A stretch of 64,000 nt of DNA, taken from NCBI GenBank assembly GCA_037138575.1, contig JBAXIC010000001.1, positions 1,556-65,555 of the forward strand, in the 5' to 3' direction. The notes under the pieces are model-generated. The model worked only from the letters and a program-made list of their open reading frames with translations, was not told the origin of the DNA and made no database searches. Shown here piece by piece: positions 20,293-32,757 of the stretch (positions within the stretch are counted from its first letter, which is position 1; each line of letters starts with the position of its first letter). The position numbers were made by a program, and so were the translations under genes. The DNA is from Actinomycetes bacterium. GTDB taxonomy: Bacteria; Actinomycetota; Actinomycetes; Nanopelagicales; Nanopelagicaceae.

Positions 20293-21701
20293 TAACCAAC
20301 AGCACCTTCCATTTGAAGTTCAATTAGGCGGTTGAGTTCGAGGGCATATTCCATCGGAAGCTCTCGTGCGATTGGCTCGATAAATCCACGAACAATCATC
20401 GCCATCGCTTCATCTTCAGTAAGTCCTCTAGACATCAAATAGAAAAGCTGATCATCTGAAATCTTTGAAACTGTAGCTTCATGACCCATTGAGACATCAT
20501 CTTCACGAATATCTACATAGGGATATGTATCTGAACGCGAAATTGTGTCAACAAGGAGAGCGTCACATTTAACGGTGCTCTTTGAATGGTGTGCGCCTTC
20601 TTGAACTTGGACTAATCCACGGTATGAAGTTCGACCGCCATTGCGGGCGACAGATTTCGAAATAACCGATGAAGATGTGTACGGAGCGGCGTGCACCATC
20701 TTTGCTCCTGAATCTTGGTGTTGGCCTTCGCCGGCGAATGCAAGTGAAAGTGTTTCTCCCTTTGCATGTGGTCCCATCAAAAAGATGGCGGGATACTTCA
20801 TGGTTACCTTTGAACCGATATTTCCATCGACCCATTCCATGGTTGCGCCTTCTGCACAAGTGGCGCGCTTAGTAACTAAGTTGTAAACGTTATTAGACCA
20901 GTTTTGAATCGTGGTGTAGCGCACTCGTGCGCCTTTTTTCACAATGATTTCTACAACTGCTGAGTGAAGTGAATCAGATTTATAGATTGGCGCAGTACAA
21001 CCTTCAACATAGTGAATATATGAATCCTCATCGGCAATAATTAATGTGCGTTCGAACTGACCCATATTTTCAGTGTTGATACGGAAATAAGCCTGAAGTG
21101 GAATATCAACGTGAACACCTTTAGGAACATAGATAAATGAACCACCTGACCAGACTGAGGTATTAAGCGCTGCGAATTTATTATCGCCAACTGGAATAAC
21201 AGTTCCGAAATACTCTTTAAAGAGCTCAGGATGCTGTTTGAGTGCGCTATCGGTATCTAGGAAGATTACGCCTTGTTTTTCGAGGTCTTCACGGATTGAG
21301 TGATAGACAACTTCGGATTCGTACTGCGCTGCAACACCAGAGACAAGTCGCTGTTTTTCTGCTTCAGGGATACCTAAACGATCGTAAGTATTCTTAATCT
21401 CATCAGGCAAATCTTCCCATGTTGCAGCTTGCTTTTCAGTTGATCGCACAAAATATTTGATAGTGTCAAAAAAGATTCCAGATAAATCTGAACCCCAGTT
21501 TGGCATAGGTTTCTTTTCAAAGAGTGCTAAACCTTTTAGGCGTAGATCTAACATCCACTGTGGTTCTGATTTTTTTGAAGAGATATCACGTACGACATCT
21601 TCATTAAGGCCACGTTTAGCATTCGTGCCTACGTCACTCTTATCTGACCAACCATATTCATAGTTGCCGATGCCTTCGAGTTCTGGATGTGCGATAGTCA
21701 T
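20292..21701 (-). CDS. sufB: Fe-S assembly protein SufB (no intein)
   Basis: [17 protein letters not shown] and [13 protein letters not shown] motifs; uninterrupted 469 aa. Confidence 0.98.
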   Translation of the reverse strand: MTIAHPELEGIGNYEYGWSDKSDVGTNAKRGLNEDVVRDISSKKSEPQWMLDLRLKGLALFEKKPMPNWGSDLSGIFFDTIKYFVRSTEKQAATWEDLPDEIKNTYDRLGIPEAEKQRLVSGVAAQYESEVVYHSIREDLEKQGVIFLDTDSALKQHPELFKEYFGTVIPVGDNKFAALNTSVWSGGSFIYVPKGVHVDIPLQAYFRINTENMGQFERTLIIADEDSYIHYVEGCTAPIYKSDSLHSAVVEIIVKKGARVRYTTIQNWSNNVYNLVTKRATCAEGATMEWVDGNIGSKVTMKYPAIFLMGPHAKGETLSLAFAGEGQHQDSGAKMVHAAPYTSSSVISKSVARNGGRTSYRGLVQVQEGAHHSKSTVKCDALLVDTISRSDTYPYVDIREDDVSMGHEATVSKISDDQLFYLMSRGLTEDEAMAMIVRGFIEPIARELPMEYALELNRLIELQMEGAVG

Positions 21702-22384
21702 GCACGTACCTTTCGCTTTGTTGTGGCTGTTGTTTTTGGAATAAAAGTTGTGCAGACTCCGTCGCCATGCGCGATTGTTGCTAAACGCTGAACATGGGTT
21801 CCAAGAAGGCGTGAGAGAGCCTCTGTCTCGGCTTCGCAGAGCTGTGGAAATTCAGAGGCAACATGTGCAATAGGGCAATGGTGTTGGCATAGTTCTTCGC
21901 CCATTGGTTTCTGATGAATGCTCGCTGCGTAACCTTGTTCAGTTAAGAAATCTGCGATTGCCTCGGACTTATTATTTTTCTTAGATATGGAGATAGCGGC
22001 TTTGCGTTCTATATCTTCAGCCCGCGATTGTGCAAAGCCTGCAACTAAATGATCTCCTGAGTGCGCGGACATAAATTTAAGTGCAGCAACGGCTAGGTCG
22101 TCATAAGAGTGTTCGAACTGTTCACGGCCTTTATCGCTCATTACAAAAACTTTTGAAGGCCGACCCCGACCTCGGATGAGTGCTGAATGCGGATCGCGCG
22201 CCTCTAGGACTCCATCACTTACAAGAAGATCCAAGTGGCGGCGGATTCCTGCAGCGGTGAGTCCTAAACGCTCACCCAAAACCGCTGCAGTTGATGGACC
22301 ATTTTCAAGAATTGAGCGCGCGACTAGATCACGGGTGCGTAAATCATCTCCCGGAAGCGCATTGGACTGGCTGCTCATTTTCAC
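21698..22384 (-). CDS. sufR: SufR Fe-S-sensing transcriptional regulator
   Basis: wHTH (GIRRHLD, GRGRP) plus C-terminal CPI..FPQLC..E..C ligand motif. The start is probably GTG 22384 or ATG 22378 rather than 22420. Confidence 0.9.
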   Translation of the reverse strand: MKMSSQSNALPGDDLRTRDLVARSILENGPSTAAVLGERLGLTAAGIRRHLDLLVSDGVLEARDPHSALIRGRGRPSKVFVMSDKGREQFEHSYDDLAVAALKFMSAHSGDHLVAGFAQSRAEDIERKAAISISKKNNKSEAIADFLTEQGYAASIHQKPMGEELCQHHCPIAHVASEFPQLCEAETEALSRLLGTHVQRLATIAHGDGVCTTFIPKTTATTKRKVRA

Positions 22385-22410
22385 AACAGTATTGTGTCGT
22401 AATTCGACAC
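22382..22410. promoter_or_regulatory. Putative SufR operator / suf promoter: two overlapping inverted repeats
   Basis: CACAA-CAGTA-TTGTG (22382-22396) and GTGTCG-TAATT-CGACAC (22394-22410) at the sufR start. Confidence 0.55.
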
Positions 22411-22459
22411 CTTCGGCCACTCGGCCCGCCTAGGTCGGCCTGAGCCATAGGGTTGGGGC

Positions 22460-23341
22460 ATGGCATCCACACGCGCAGCTCGTGCCCTATCCCCTCTTTC
22501 CTTAGCCTTACTTATCTCGCAGGCGGCGATCGTAGTCACGGGCGGAGCGGTTCGACTGACAGGTTCTGGACTGGGTTGTCCTACATGGCCTGAGTGCACG
22601 CCCGGATCATATGTGCCGATTAAAAACCAGGCTGAGGGAACCGTGCACTCTTGGATTGAGTTTACAAATCGCTTGCTGACTTTTGTCATGGTTGCAATAG
22701 CGATTGCAACTTTAATTGCAGTATTTAAAGCCGGGCGTAAAGATCTTCGCTTTCTTGCAGTGGGTCAATTTTTGGGGATCTTTGGTCAAGGCGTATTAGG
22801 AGGCATTACAGTCCTTACGCATTTGAATCCCATTTCTGTTGCGAGCCACTTCTTGCTCTCAACAATTCTTATCGCTGCAGCAACATCGCTATATTCACGG
22901 CGCAAAGCTGCCGCAATTAAAACAGGCATGAGAGGACAGATAAATAGCTATTCAAAAACACATGTCATGTGGGCGGCCTTTGTTGTTATTTTAGGAACAG
23001 TAGTAACTGGTGCAGGACCACACGCTGGAGATTTCCAGGCCCCACGTTTGCACATCAGAATTCAAGAGGCAGCGCTATTGCATGGTCTAGCCGTAGTTGT
23101 ACTCATTCTCTTCACTATTGCTTACTATCTTCGCAAAGATATTTCACAAATCACAAAGAGATATCTTTTAGTATTTCTATTCATCTCTCTTTCTCAAGGG
23201 TTGATCGGATACATTCAATATCTACAAGGCGTCCCGCAACTCTTGGTGGCGGCTCACCTATTAGGTTCAACATTGGTTTGGATTGCAGCGTGGCAAATCT
23301 GGCTTTCAGTTCAATTTAAAGAAATGGAAATCACTCGATGA
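22460..23341 (+). CDS. ctaA: Heme A synthase (COX15/CtaA)
   Basis: GGAVRLTGSGLGCPTWPEC, IEFTNR, QGVLGGITV and GAGPHAGD motifs; multiple TM helices. Confidence 0.92.
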   Translation: MASTRAARALSPLSLALLISQAAIVVTGGAVRLTGSGLGCPTWPECTPGSYVPIKNQAEGTVHSWIEFTNRLLTFVMVAIAIATLIAVFKAGRKDLRFLAVGQFLGIFGQGVLGGITVLTHLNPISVASHFLLSTILIAAATSLYSRRKAAAIKTGMRGQINSYSKTHVMWAAFVVILGTVVTGAGPHAGDFQAPRLHIRIQEAALLHGLAVVVLILFTIAYYLRKDISQITKRYLLVFLFISLSQGLIGYIQYLQGVPQLLVAAHLLGSTLVWIAAWQIWLSVQFKEMEITR

Positions 23342-25383
23342 GTTCAATCTCTGGTTGGTCGGATTTAGATGATCGCGCAGTTGCGCATGCCCGAGCATTA
23401 GCAGCCGATGCTGTACAAAAAGTTGGTAACGGTCACCCAGGCACTGCGATGTCGTTAGCTCCTGTTGCGTACAACTTATTTCAACGTCATTTAGTTCATG
23501 ATCCATCTGATGCACAATGGCTTGGCAGGGATCGCTTTATCTTGTCTTGTGGCCATTCATCCCTCACTCTTTACATCCAGTTATTCCTGAGCGGCTACGG
23601 ACTTGAGCTCAAAGATCTTCAGGAGTTTCGCACATGGGGATCTTTAACACCGGGACACCCAGAATTTGGTCACACCGTTGGTGTTGAAATGACAACTGGC
23701 CCATTAGGTCAAGGCGTAGCAACGGCAGTTGGAATGGCAATGGCGGCGCGATATGAGCGCGGATTGCTAGATGCTGATGCACCCGCTGGAACGTCACTTT
23801 TTGATCATAGTATCTGGGTCATTTGTTCAGATGGGGATTTGCAGGAAGGCGTAAGCGCTGAAGCTTCCTCTCTTGCGGGTACTCAAGAGCTGGGCGCACT
23901 CAATGTTATTTATGATGACAATCGAATTTCGATTGAGGGCGATACTCATAATGCATTTACTGAAGATGTATCTGCGCGTTACCGTGCTTACGGCTGGCAC
24001 GTTATAGATGTTGCAGGATCGGCAAATGGAAACGTTGATTTACCTGCATTAGATGCCGCTATGGTTGCGGCAAAGAGAGAAATATCAAAACCAACTTTGA
24101 TTCGAATGAAATCAGTAATCGCTTGGCCTGCACCCCATGCTCAAGGAACTGCTGGTTCACATGGTTCAGCTTTGGGCGAGGATGAAATTGCAGCAACTAA
24201 AATCGCTTTGGGATTAAATCCAGAAGAGAAATTTGCAATGCCTGCAGATGTTTTGGCACACGCACGACAAGTTAAAATGCGCGGTGCACAGTTACGCGCG
24301 GATTGGGATCAGAAATTCATAAATTGGCAGCAAAGTAATCCGGAAAAAGCATCGCTGCTCTCTCGTCTTCGTAGTAAAGAACTTCCTGCTGGTTGGGATT
24401 CAGAGATTCCCATTTTTGCACCAGGCAAAGATGTCGCAACACGTGCTGCATCTGGTCAAGTAATTAATGCAATTGCAAAAAAACTGCCGGAGTTTTGGGG
24501 AGGTTCAGCAGACTTAGCTGGGTCAAACAACACCAGCATTGATGGTGGTGGTTCTTTCTTGCCAGCAACAAGTGAGATTAAGGATGCCAATCCTTACGGG
24601 CGCATCATTCACTTCGGGATCCGCGAACATGCAATGGGTTCAATCCTTAATGGAATCGCAATTCATGGCTTGAGTCGTTCATTTGGTGGAACCTTTGCCG
24701 TATTTAGTGATTACATGCGCGGTGCAGTTAGATTGGCAGCACTGATGAATGTTGCTTCAACATTTGTTTGGACCCATGACTCCATCGGTGTTGGTGAAGA
24801 TGGCCCAACACATCAACCAATTGAGCACTTTGCCGCACTTCGCGCGATTCCCGGTCTAGATGTCATTCGACCTGGAGATGCCAATGAAGTGGCTGAGAGT
24901 TGGAAACAGATTTTGCTTCGCGGCCGTGCCGCAGGTATTTTATTATCGCGCCAAAACTTGCCAGTCTTTGATCGAACAGAATGTGCTCCCGCCACGGGAA
25001 CTGCTAAAGGTGCCTACATTCTTAAAGACTCTGCGGAACCAAAAGCTATTGTGATAGCTACAGGCTCTGAAGTTGCACTTGCTATCGAAGTTCAAAAGAA
25101 ATTAGCTGCCGAGGGTATCTCCGTACGTGTAGTAAGTGCGCCCTGTCTTGAGTGGTTTGCAGAGCAAGATCAAAGTTATAGAGATTTAGTCTTGCCTCCA
25201 TCGATTAAATTAAAGGTCAGCATTGAGGTAGGAATTGCTCAAGGTTGGCGTGAATTAATCGGAGATGCGGGTATCGCGATCTCTCTCGAACACTACGGAG
25301 CGTCGGCAGATGCTAAAAAACTCTTTAGTGAGTTTGGATTCTCGGTCGATGCGATAACTACCAAGATCAAGGCGGCTTTGTAA
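23338..25383 (+). CDS. tkt: Transketolase
   Basis: GHPGTAM, TPGHPE, SDGDLQEG and GEDGPTHQP motifs. Confidence 0.98.
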   Translation: MSSISGWSDLDDRAVAHARALAADAVQKVGNGHPGTAMSLAPVAYNLFQRHLVHDPSDAQWLGRDRFILSCGHSSLTLYIQLFLSGYGLELKDLQEFRTWGSLTPGHPEFGHTVGVEMTTGPLGQGVATAVGMAMAARYERGLLDADAPAGTSLFDHSIWVICSDGDLQEGVSAEASSLAGTQELGALNVIYDDNRISIEGDTHNAFTEDVSARYRAYGWHVIDVAGSANGNVDLPALDAAMVAAKREISKPTLIRMKSVIAWPAPHAQGTAGSHGSALGEDEIAATKIALGLNPEEKFAMPADVLAHARQVKMRGAQLRADWDQKFINWQQSNPEKASLLSRLRSKELPAGWDSEIPIFAPGKDVATRAASGQVINAIAKKLPEFWGGSADLAGSNNTSIDGGGSFLPATSEIKDANPYGRIIHFGIREHAMGSILNGIAIHGLSRSFGGTFAVFSDYMRGAVRLAALMNVASTFVWTHDSIGVGEDGPTHQPIEHFAALRAIPGLDVIRPGDANEVAESWKQILLRGRAAGILLSRQNLPVFDRTECAPATGTAKGAYILKDSAEPKAIVIATGSEVALAIEVQKKLAAEGISVRVVSAPCLEWFAEQDQSYRDLVLPPSIKLKVSIEVGIAQGWRELIGDAGIAISLEHYGASADAKKLFSEFGFSVDAITTKIKAAL

Positions 25384-26469
25384 ATGAGTATCGCAGATGT
25401 AGCTCTCGGTGGAACATCAATCTGGCTCGATGATTTATCTCGTGCCAAAATCACAGGCACCGATTCACATTCGTTACCAGCTCGAATCGCTCATTCTGGC
25501 GTAGTGGGAGTTACTACTAATCCATCTATTTTCGGTGCGGCCATTGCAGGAGCCAAAGAATACGCCGCCGATATCGCTGCGATGAAAGATTTAGAAGTCG
25601 ATGCAGTTGTTCGAAAACTAACAACCGATGATGTTCGTGCGGCCTGTGATCTATTTAAAGATATCTACTCAGCCACTAAAGGAGTCGACGGTCGCGTCAG
25701 CATTGAAGTTGATCCCCGTCTTGCGCATGACACCGCATCGACTATTGCACAAGGTAAAGAGCTTTGGGCAATAGTCGAACGTCCAAATTTAATGATTAAG
25801 GTTCCAGCAACTCTTGAAGGATTACCTGCCGTCACCGCACTAATTGCAGCTGGAATTAGTGTTAATGTCACTTTGATCTTCTCGGTCAAGAGATACGGCG
25901 CCGTTATCGATGCTTATATGTCTGGTGTGGAAGCTGCAACTAACCCTGGTCATGTTCACTCGGTGGCATCTTTCTTTGTAAGTCGCATCGACTCAGCCGT
26001 TGACGCGTTGCTTAAAAAGGATGGATCGGAGGCTGCTACTGCCCTTCTCGGAAAAGCAGCAATTGCTAACGCTCAGTTGGCATATCAGCTCTTTGAAGAA
26101 AAGTTTTCATCACCTCGATGGCAGGCCCAGATTGAGAGAGGTGCAGTTAAACAACGCCCGCTCTGGGCATCAACTGGAGTGAAAGATCCTGCATACGATG
26201 ACACTCGTTATGTTGTCGAACTAATCGCTCCGGAAACAGTAAACACAATGCCTCAGGCAACACTTGACGCAGTCATCGACCATGGCAAGATTCGTGGAAA
26301 CACCATCACTTCCCAATACCCGGCCGCGGTTGAAGTTTTTAAAGCGTTGTCGGTTCTCAACATCTCACTAGATGCAGTTACATCAGATCTAGAGGCCGAT
26401 GGTGTTAAAAAGTTTGCTCAGGCATGGAATGAACTACTAGAGAATGTAAAGGCAGCCCAGACGTCATGA
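25384..26469 (+). CDS. tal: Transaldolase
   Basis: IWLDDLSR, GVTTNPSIF, MIKVPAT, VASFFVSR and RPLWASTG motifs. Confidence 0.97.
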   Translation: MSIADVALGGTSIWLDDLSRAKITGTDSHSLPARIAHSGVVGVTTNPSIFGAAIAGAKEYAADIAAMKDLEVDAVVRKLTTDDVRAACDLFKDIYSATKGVDGRVSIEVDPRLAHDTASTIAQGKELWAIVERPNLMIKVPATLEGLPAVTALIAAGISVNVTLIFSVKRYGAVIDAYMSGVEAATNPGHVHSVASFFVSRIDSAVDALLKKDGSEAATALLGKAAIANAQLAYQLFEEKFSSPRWQAQIERGAVKQRPLWASTGVKDPAYDDTRYVVELIAPETVNTMPQATLDAVIDHGKIRGNTITSQYPAAVEVFKALSVLNISLDAVTSDLEADGVKKFAQAWNELLENVKAAQTS

Positions 26470-27995
26470 TCACAATTACTGGAAATTCATTAGGCAAAGT
26501 TGATCGAAATGATTCACGTTATTTAGCTCTTTTGGATGTGCACGCCCGATTAATCACGAAAGATTCAACTATCTGGGGCAAAGATGCACAATCTGAGGCT
26601 CAAGTGCGCTTGAACTGGATCGACCTACCTGAAAGCTCTCGCGATCTACTTCCCGCATTAGATGCTTTATATGCAAAGCACCGCGATAAGGAAAGCGTCA
26701 TATTGTGTGGAATGGGCGGCTCTTCCCTTGGCCCAGAAGTTATTGCGCAAAGTTTTAAGAAGAAACTCTTCGTCCTGGACTCAACAGATCCGAACTATGT
26801 TGCACATGCACTTAACTGCGATTTAGCAAAGGCAGTGGTTGTAGTTAGTTCTAAATCCGGTTCCACGATAGAAACAGCTTCTCAACGCGCACTCTTTGAA
26901 GAGGTATTCACCAAAGCATCACTTAAACCACAAGATCACATTGTTATCGTTACTGATCCCGGTTCACCTTTAGATAAAGATTGCCGCGCTAATGGCTTCA
27001 GCGTTATTAATGCTGACCCAAATGTTGGAGGCCGATTTAGCGTTCTGAGCGCCTTTGGTTTGGTTCCTGCCGCTCTCATCGGAGTTGATGTTTCAGTTCT
27101 TCTTGATAACGCCAGTGATACAAAATCGGCATTTATCGCAGATCCAAGCATTGTTGTAGATGTTGCTTACTTACTTTCATATTGTGCGGGGCAGTATGTC
27201 TCATTTACTGATACGGGTTCTTCGATGCCCGGGTTAAGTGATTGGGCTGAGCAGTTGGTTGCTGAATCAACAGGCAAGAATCAAGTTGGTCGCCTGCCGA
27301 TTGTTATCGAGAAGAGCGAGAGCACTCCCGGTGTTTTCTCAATTGCTTATGCAGGTACTGCAGATTTAGTTGTCGAAACAGATCTTGCATCGCAGTTCAT
27401 TATTTGGGAATGGGTAACCGCACTCATTGGCGCAGCGCTTGCAATTGATCCCTTCAATCAACCAAATGTAACTGAAGCCAAAGAAGCAACTTCAGCGCTA
27501 TTGAAGGAGTGGAATGGAATACTTCCAACTTTTACTGCACCGCATAAAGAGGGAGAAGTAGAAATATTTGGCGCTGGAAATAATATAAACGATGCATTTA
27601 AACTCTTCATCGAAACAATTCCAGCCGATGGATATGTAGCGGTAATGGCATACTTGGATCGCAAAGATGACGTTGCAATTGCGCAGATCAGATCTGAACT
27701 AAGTGCCAAGATTGGTCGCCCAGTTACTTTTGGTTGGGGTCCTCGCTTTTTGCACTCCACTGGCCAGTTTCACAAAGGTGGGCAACAAAATGGTGCTTTC
27801 CTTCAGATCACTGGTGATGCTTCGATCGATATTGAAATTCCAGGCCAGGTCTTTGGATTCAAAACCTTAGTGGCTGCCCAAGCCTTGGGGGATGGAAAAG
27901 CGTTGGCATCAAGAAAATACCCGCTACTTCGATTCAACTTAACAAATCGCAGTGCGGGTATTACTCAACTTCTTAATGCCGTGAAATCTCTTTAG
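26466..27995 (+). CDS. pgi: Glucose-6-phosphate isomerase
   Basis: GMGGSSLG, SSKSGSTIET, VGGRFS, QLVAESTGK, PFNQPNV and HSTGQFHKGG motifs. Confidence 0.93.
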   Translation: MITITGNSLGKVDRNDSRYLALLDVHARLITKDSTIWGKDAQSEAQVRLNWIDLPESSRDLLPALDALYAKHRDKESVILCGMGGSSLGPEVIAQSFKKKLFVLDSTDPNYVAHALNCDLAKAVVVVSSKSGSTIETASQRALFEEVFTKASLKPQDHIVIVTDPGSPLDKDCRANGFSVINADPNVGGRFSVLSAFGLVPAALIGVDVSVLLDNASDTKSAFIADPSIVVDVAYLLSYCAGQYVSFTDTGSSMPGLSDWAEQLVAESTGKNQVGRLPIVIEKSESTPGVFSIAYAGTADLVVETDLASQFIIWEWVTALIGAALAIDPFNQPNVTEAKEATSALLKEWNGILPTFTAPHKEGEVEIFGAGNNINDAFKLFIETIPADGYVAVMAYLDRKDDVAIAQIRSELSAKIGRPVTFGWGPRFLHSTGQFHKGGQQNGAFLQITGDASIDIEIPGQVFGFKTLVAAQALGDGKALASRKYPLLRFNLTNRSAGITQLLNAVKSL

Positions 27996-28333
27996 TCCTC
28001 GTCATCACCACGAAGTTTGCGAAGTGCTTCTTCTAGAATCTTTTCACCCTCAGCATCGGTGCGACGTTCTTTGACGTAGGCAAGGTGAGTTTTGTATGGC
28101 TCATTCTTAACAGGGCTAGGTGGATTATTACGATCGCGACCTGCTGGATATCCGCATTTAGGGCAATCCCATTCAGCTGGAATTAACACGGTCTCTTCTA
28201 CTGCAAATGAAGGACGAACCTCATGTCCATTGGCGCAAAAATATGAAACATACGCGCGCGCAATCGAATCACCGCGTTCTGCCTCACCCATTGGGCCGGC
28301 GCCGACTCGGCTTCCGCGAATTGCACTTGCCAT
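27992..28333 (-). CDS. rbpA: RNA polymerase-binding protein, RbpA family
   Basis: IRGSRVG, C..GH, WDCPKCG and KTHLAYVKERR..L.EAL..LR motifs. Confidence 0.9.
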   Translation of the reverse strand: MASAIRGSRVGAGPMGEAERGDSIARAYVSYFCANGHEVRPSFAVEETVLIPAEWDCPKCGYPAGRDRNNPPSPVKNEPYKTHLAYVKERRTDAEGEKILEEALRKLRGDDED

Positions 28334-28378
28334 GAATTGCTCCTTTAACTTATGAAAATTGAAAAGTGATGAGAGTTT

Positions 28379-28606
28379 TTACTTAAGTACAAGACTTAAG
28401 GCAACAACGAGTGCGAACCAGAGTCCACCCACGACGATTGTAATTCGATCAAGGTTACGTTCTACGACCGATGATCCGCCGTAGTTAGTTGAGATTCCGC
28501 CACCGAATAGGTCAGAAAGTCCGCTGCCCTTGCCCTTATGAAGAAGGACGAGAAGGATCATGAGAACGCTGGTAATGACAAGCAGGATTGAAAGAGCTAA
28601 TTTCAC
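28379..28606 (-). CDS. secG: Preprotein translocase subunit SecG
   Basis: LLHKGKGSGLSDLFGGG..ERNLDRIT; SD AGGAG and GTG start. Confidence 0.96.
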   Translation of the reverse strand: MKLALSILLVITSVLMILLVLLHKGKGSGLSDLFGGGISTNYGGSSVVERNLDRITIVVGGLWFALVVALSLVLK

Positions 28607-28663
28607 GTTGTCGAACTCCTTGTTTCGTAGAGGGTAAGGATACCTGTAAAAGCCCGTTAGACC

Positions 28664-29440
28664 TTACTCGGATTGCGCGTGGAACTTAACAATCTTGGCC
28701 AATTCCTCAGGATCAAGGCTGGCTCCCCCAATAAGGGCGCCATCGACATCATCCTTTTTCATGATTTCGGCAACATTAGAAGATTTCACTGAACCGCCGT
28801 AGAGGATGCGCATATTAGAGGCGATTTCGGCAGAACCGATATTTTCGATCTCTTCGCGAATAGCGGCGCAGACTTCTTGCGCATCTTCAGGTGTAGCAAC
28901 TTTGCCTGTACCAATGGCCCACACTGGTTCGTAAGCGATGACAATTTTTTTCAACTCTGGCTTAGTGAAACCTTCTAGGCCTGCACGAACTTGGCGAACC
29001 ACATGACTCACATGTGCACCAGATTCGCGGATTGCTAGCTCTTCACCAACACAGAAAATCGGGATGATTTCATTTGCAAGGGCTGCTTTAATCTTTCGAT
29101 TAATAAGTGCATCTGATTCATTATGAATCGCACGGCGCTCAGAGTGGCCAATAAGAACATAAGTACAACCCAGCTTGTGCAACATTGAACCGGCTATATC
29201 GCCGGTAAATGCACCACTTGCCTCTGGTGAAAGATCTTGTGCGCCATATGTTAAGCGCAGACGATCTCCATCAATGAGTGTTTGGATCGAACGAATGTCT
29301 GTAAATGGCGGGATGATTGCAACATCAACGGCGTCATAATCTTTGTCATCAAGTGAATAAACCAATTTCTGGGCTACTGCAATCGCCTCAAGATGATTGA
29401 GATTCATCTTCCAGTTTCCAGCCATTAATGGTTTACGCAT
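28664..29440 (-). CDS. tpiA: Triosephosphate isomerase
   Basis: [24 protein letters not shown] and LYGGSVK motifs. Confidence 0.98.
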   Translation of the reverse strand: MRKPLMAGNWKMNLNHLEAIAVAQKLVYSLDDKDYDAVDVAIIPPFTDIRSIQTLIDGDRLRLTYGAQDLSPEASGAFTGDIAGSMLHKLGCTYVLIGHSERRAIHNESDALINRKIKAALANEIIPIFCVGEELAIRESGAHVSHVVRQVRAGLEGFTKPELKKIVIAYEPVWAIGTGKVATPEDAQEVCAAIREEIENIGSAEIASNMRILYGGSVKSSNVAEIMKKDDVDGALIGGASLDPEELAKIVKFHAQSE

Positions 29441-29449
29441 TATTGCTCC

Positions 29450-30636
29450 CTATAAGCCTAGTGCTTGAAGGCCAGGAAGTTCCTTGCCCTCTAAATACTC
29501 TAATGAGGCTCCCCCACCAGTTGATATATACCCAAAATCAGAATCTGCAAAACCTAAGGCGCGAACCGCAGCAGCAGAGTCTCCTCCACCAACAACTGAT
29601 ATTCCCGAAACTTTGGTTAGTGCAGTTGCAACCGTTTTAGTACCAGCTGCAAAATTTGCAAACTCAAATACTCCCATTGGACCGTTCCAAAATACTGTTT
29701 TGCATTTTTCGATTTCAACTGCAAATGCTGCTGCCGAAACGGGTCCAATATCAAGACCCATTTGATCTGCAGGGATGGAATCTGAAGAGACTAAAGTTGG
29801 TGGTGCATCGGCTGAAAACGATGGCGCAACAACGATATCTGTAGGAAGAACAAGCTTGACACCTTTTTCTGTCGCTTTTGCAATTAAGCCCTTAACTACA
29901 TCGAGCATCTCTTCTTCAACGAGGGAAGTGCCAATCTCTTTGCCTTGAGCTTTAAGGAATGTGAATACCATTCCTCCGCCAATAGCTAAGACATCAACTT
30001 TGCCAAGTAGATTTTCAATAACACCTAACTTGTCTGAAACTTTTGCTCCACCTAAAACAACCCCATAAGGGCGCTCTGGATTAATTGTAAGTTTCTTTAA
30101 TACTTCAACTTCTGCGGCAACTAATATTCCTGCGGCATGAGGTAAAAGTTTGGGAAGATCAAAAACTGAAGCATGTTTGCGGTGAACCGCGCCAAAGCCA
30201 TCACCAACGTAGACATCAGCTAACTTTGAAAGTTGCTCAGCAAAAACGCTGCGCTCTGACTCTTCCTTGCTTGTCTCTGCCGAACTAAAACGGATATTTT
30301 CAAGCAGAAGTATTTGGCCTGGTTGCAAAGCAGCAGCGGCTGAAGTGACCTTTTCGCCAATAACTTCTCCAAGAAAAATAATCTCTCGCCCTAATAACTC
30401 ACCTAAGCGTTTTGCAACTGGTGCTAATGAAAGTTCAGGCTTTGCCTCACCTTTTGGCCGACCCAAGTGAGCGGCAATTACAAGCGAGGCGCCTTTTTTA
30501 AGAAGCATTTCAATAGTTGGAAGCGAGGCTTTAATTCGGCCATCATCTTTAATAACCCCCTCTTTCAAGGGGACGTTGAGATCACAGCGTAGAAATACTC
30601 GCTTTCCAACTACATCAAGAGTTGCAAGATCTGACA

Positions 30637-30637
<1 letters not shown>
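29450..30637 (-). CDS. pgk: Phosphoglycerate kinase
   Basis: DLNVP, HLGRP, GGAKVSDK, WNGPMGVFE and STGGGASLE motifs. Confidence 0.98.
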
Positions 30638-31662
<1,025 letters not shown>

Positions 31663-31670
31663 TTAAAATG

Positions 31671-31727
31671 AAAAAGCCCAACTGTTGAGATAAGCATTAA
31701 ATCTGCCACAACGTTGGGGTCTTGGGC
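31671..31727 (-). terminator. Terminator-like hairpin between whiA and gap
   Basis: Minus strand CCCAAC-GTTG...CAAC-A-GTTGGG followed by CTTTTT. Confidence 0.5.
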
Positions 31728-31775
31728 ATAATGCTATCAGTGGCTATTGCGTGAACTCTTCGGTAATAAAGGTGT

Positions 31776-32753
31776 TTAATTCAACAAATCCGGGGAAAGA
31801 CCGCTCTCGGTATCTGGAATTCCAAGCTCTGATGCGCGTTTATCGGCCATCGCCAATAGACGTCGAATACGTCCTGCGATCGCATCCTTGGTCATTGGTG
31901 GCGTCGCCAATGAGCCAAGCTCCTCAAGGGATGCTTGACCGTGGTTAATGCGCAGATCCCCAGCCTCTTTTAAATGATCGGGGATAGTTGGTCCAAGGAT
32001 TTCCATGGCACGTTGAACGCGGGCCGCGGCAGCAACAGCTGCGCGTGCAGAGCGCCGAAGATTGGCATCGTCAAAGTTTGCAAGTCGATTTGCCGTCGCG
32101 CGGACTTCACGGCGCATTCGTCGCTCTTCCCAGGCAAGTACAGATTCATGTGCGCCAAGTCGAGTGAGTAAAACTCCGATTGCATCTCCATCTCGGATTA
32201 CAACTCGGTCAACCCCGCGAACTTCGCGGGCCTTGGCCACGATTCCCATTCGACGCGCAGCGCCAACAAGGGCAAGGGCTGCTTCAGGTCCAGGGCATGT
32301 TATTTCAAGAGAAGAAGATCGTCCCGGTTCAGTCAAAGAACCATGAGCGATAAATGCACCACGCCATGCTGCCTCTGAATCGCATATTGCTGCCGAGACA
32401 ACTTGAGGAGGAAGGCCGCGAACTGGTCGACCATTTGCATCAACTAAGCCTGTCTGTCTGGCAAGTGCATCACCGGCTTCAATAACGCGAACGACATAGC
32501 GCGAACCTTTGCGCAATCCACTTGAAGAGAGAACTGCAAGATCTGAGTCATGTCCATAGATATCGGCGATATCTTTTCGAAGTCGTCTGGCGCTTTGTGA
32601 AGTATCTAGTTCGACCTCAATTAAAATTTTGCCAGCAGCAATATGTAGTCCCCCAGCGAAACGAAGTAAGGACGAGACTTCGGCCTTGCGACAGCATGGT
32701 TTTGTAATTGAGATTCGACTGAGTTCGTCTTTTACCGATGCTGTCATTGCCAT
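31776..32753 (-). CDS. whiA: DNA-binding protein WhiA
   Basis: [33 protein letters not shown] and [18 protein letters not shown] motifs. Confidence 0.97.
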   Translation of the reverse strand: MAMTASVKDELSRISITKPCCRKAEVSSLLRFAGGLHIAAGKILIEVELDTSQSARRLRKDIADIYGHDSDLAVLSSSGLRKGSRYVVRVIEAGDALARQTGLVDANGRPVRGLPPQVVSAAICDSEAAWRGAFIAHGSLTEPGRSSSLEITCPGPEAALALVGAARRMGIVAKAREVRGVDRVVIRDGDAIGVLLTRLGAHESVLAWEERRMRREVRATANRLANFDDANLRRSARAAVAAAARVQRAMEILGPTIPDHLKEAGDLRINHGQASLEELGSLATPPMTKDAIAGRIRRLLAMADKRASELGIPDTESGLSPDLLN

Positions 32754-32757
32754 GGGG

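Noticed and set aside
20292-21701. Intein in sufB, as in some mycobacteria
   Set aside because: The ORF is a continuous, normal-length SufB.
22640-22680. CtaA EFTNR motif with Asn in place of the first conserved His, suggesting an inactive enzyme
   Set aside because: The E-x-x-N-R variant is typical of actinobacterial heme A synthases, and the other His residues and the Cys pair are intact.
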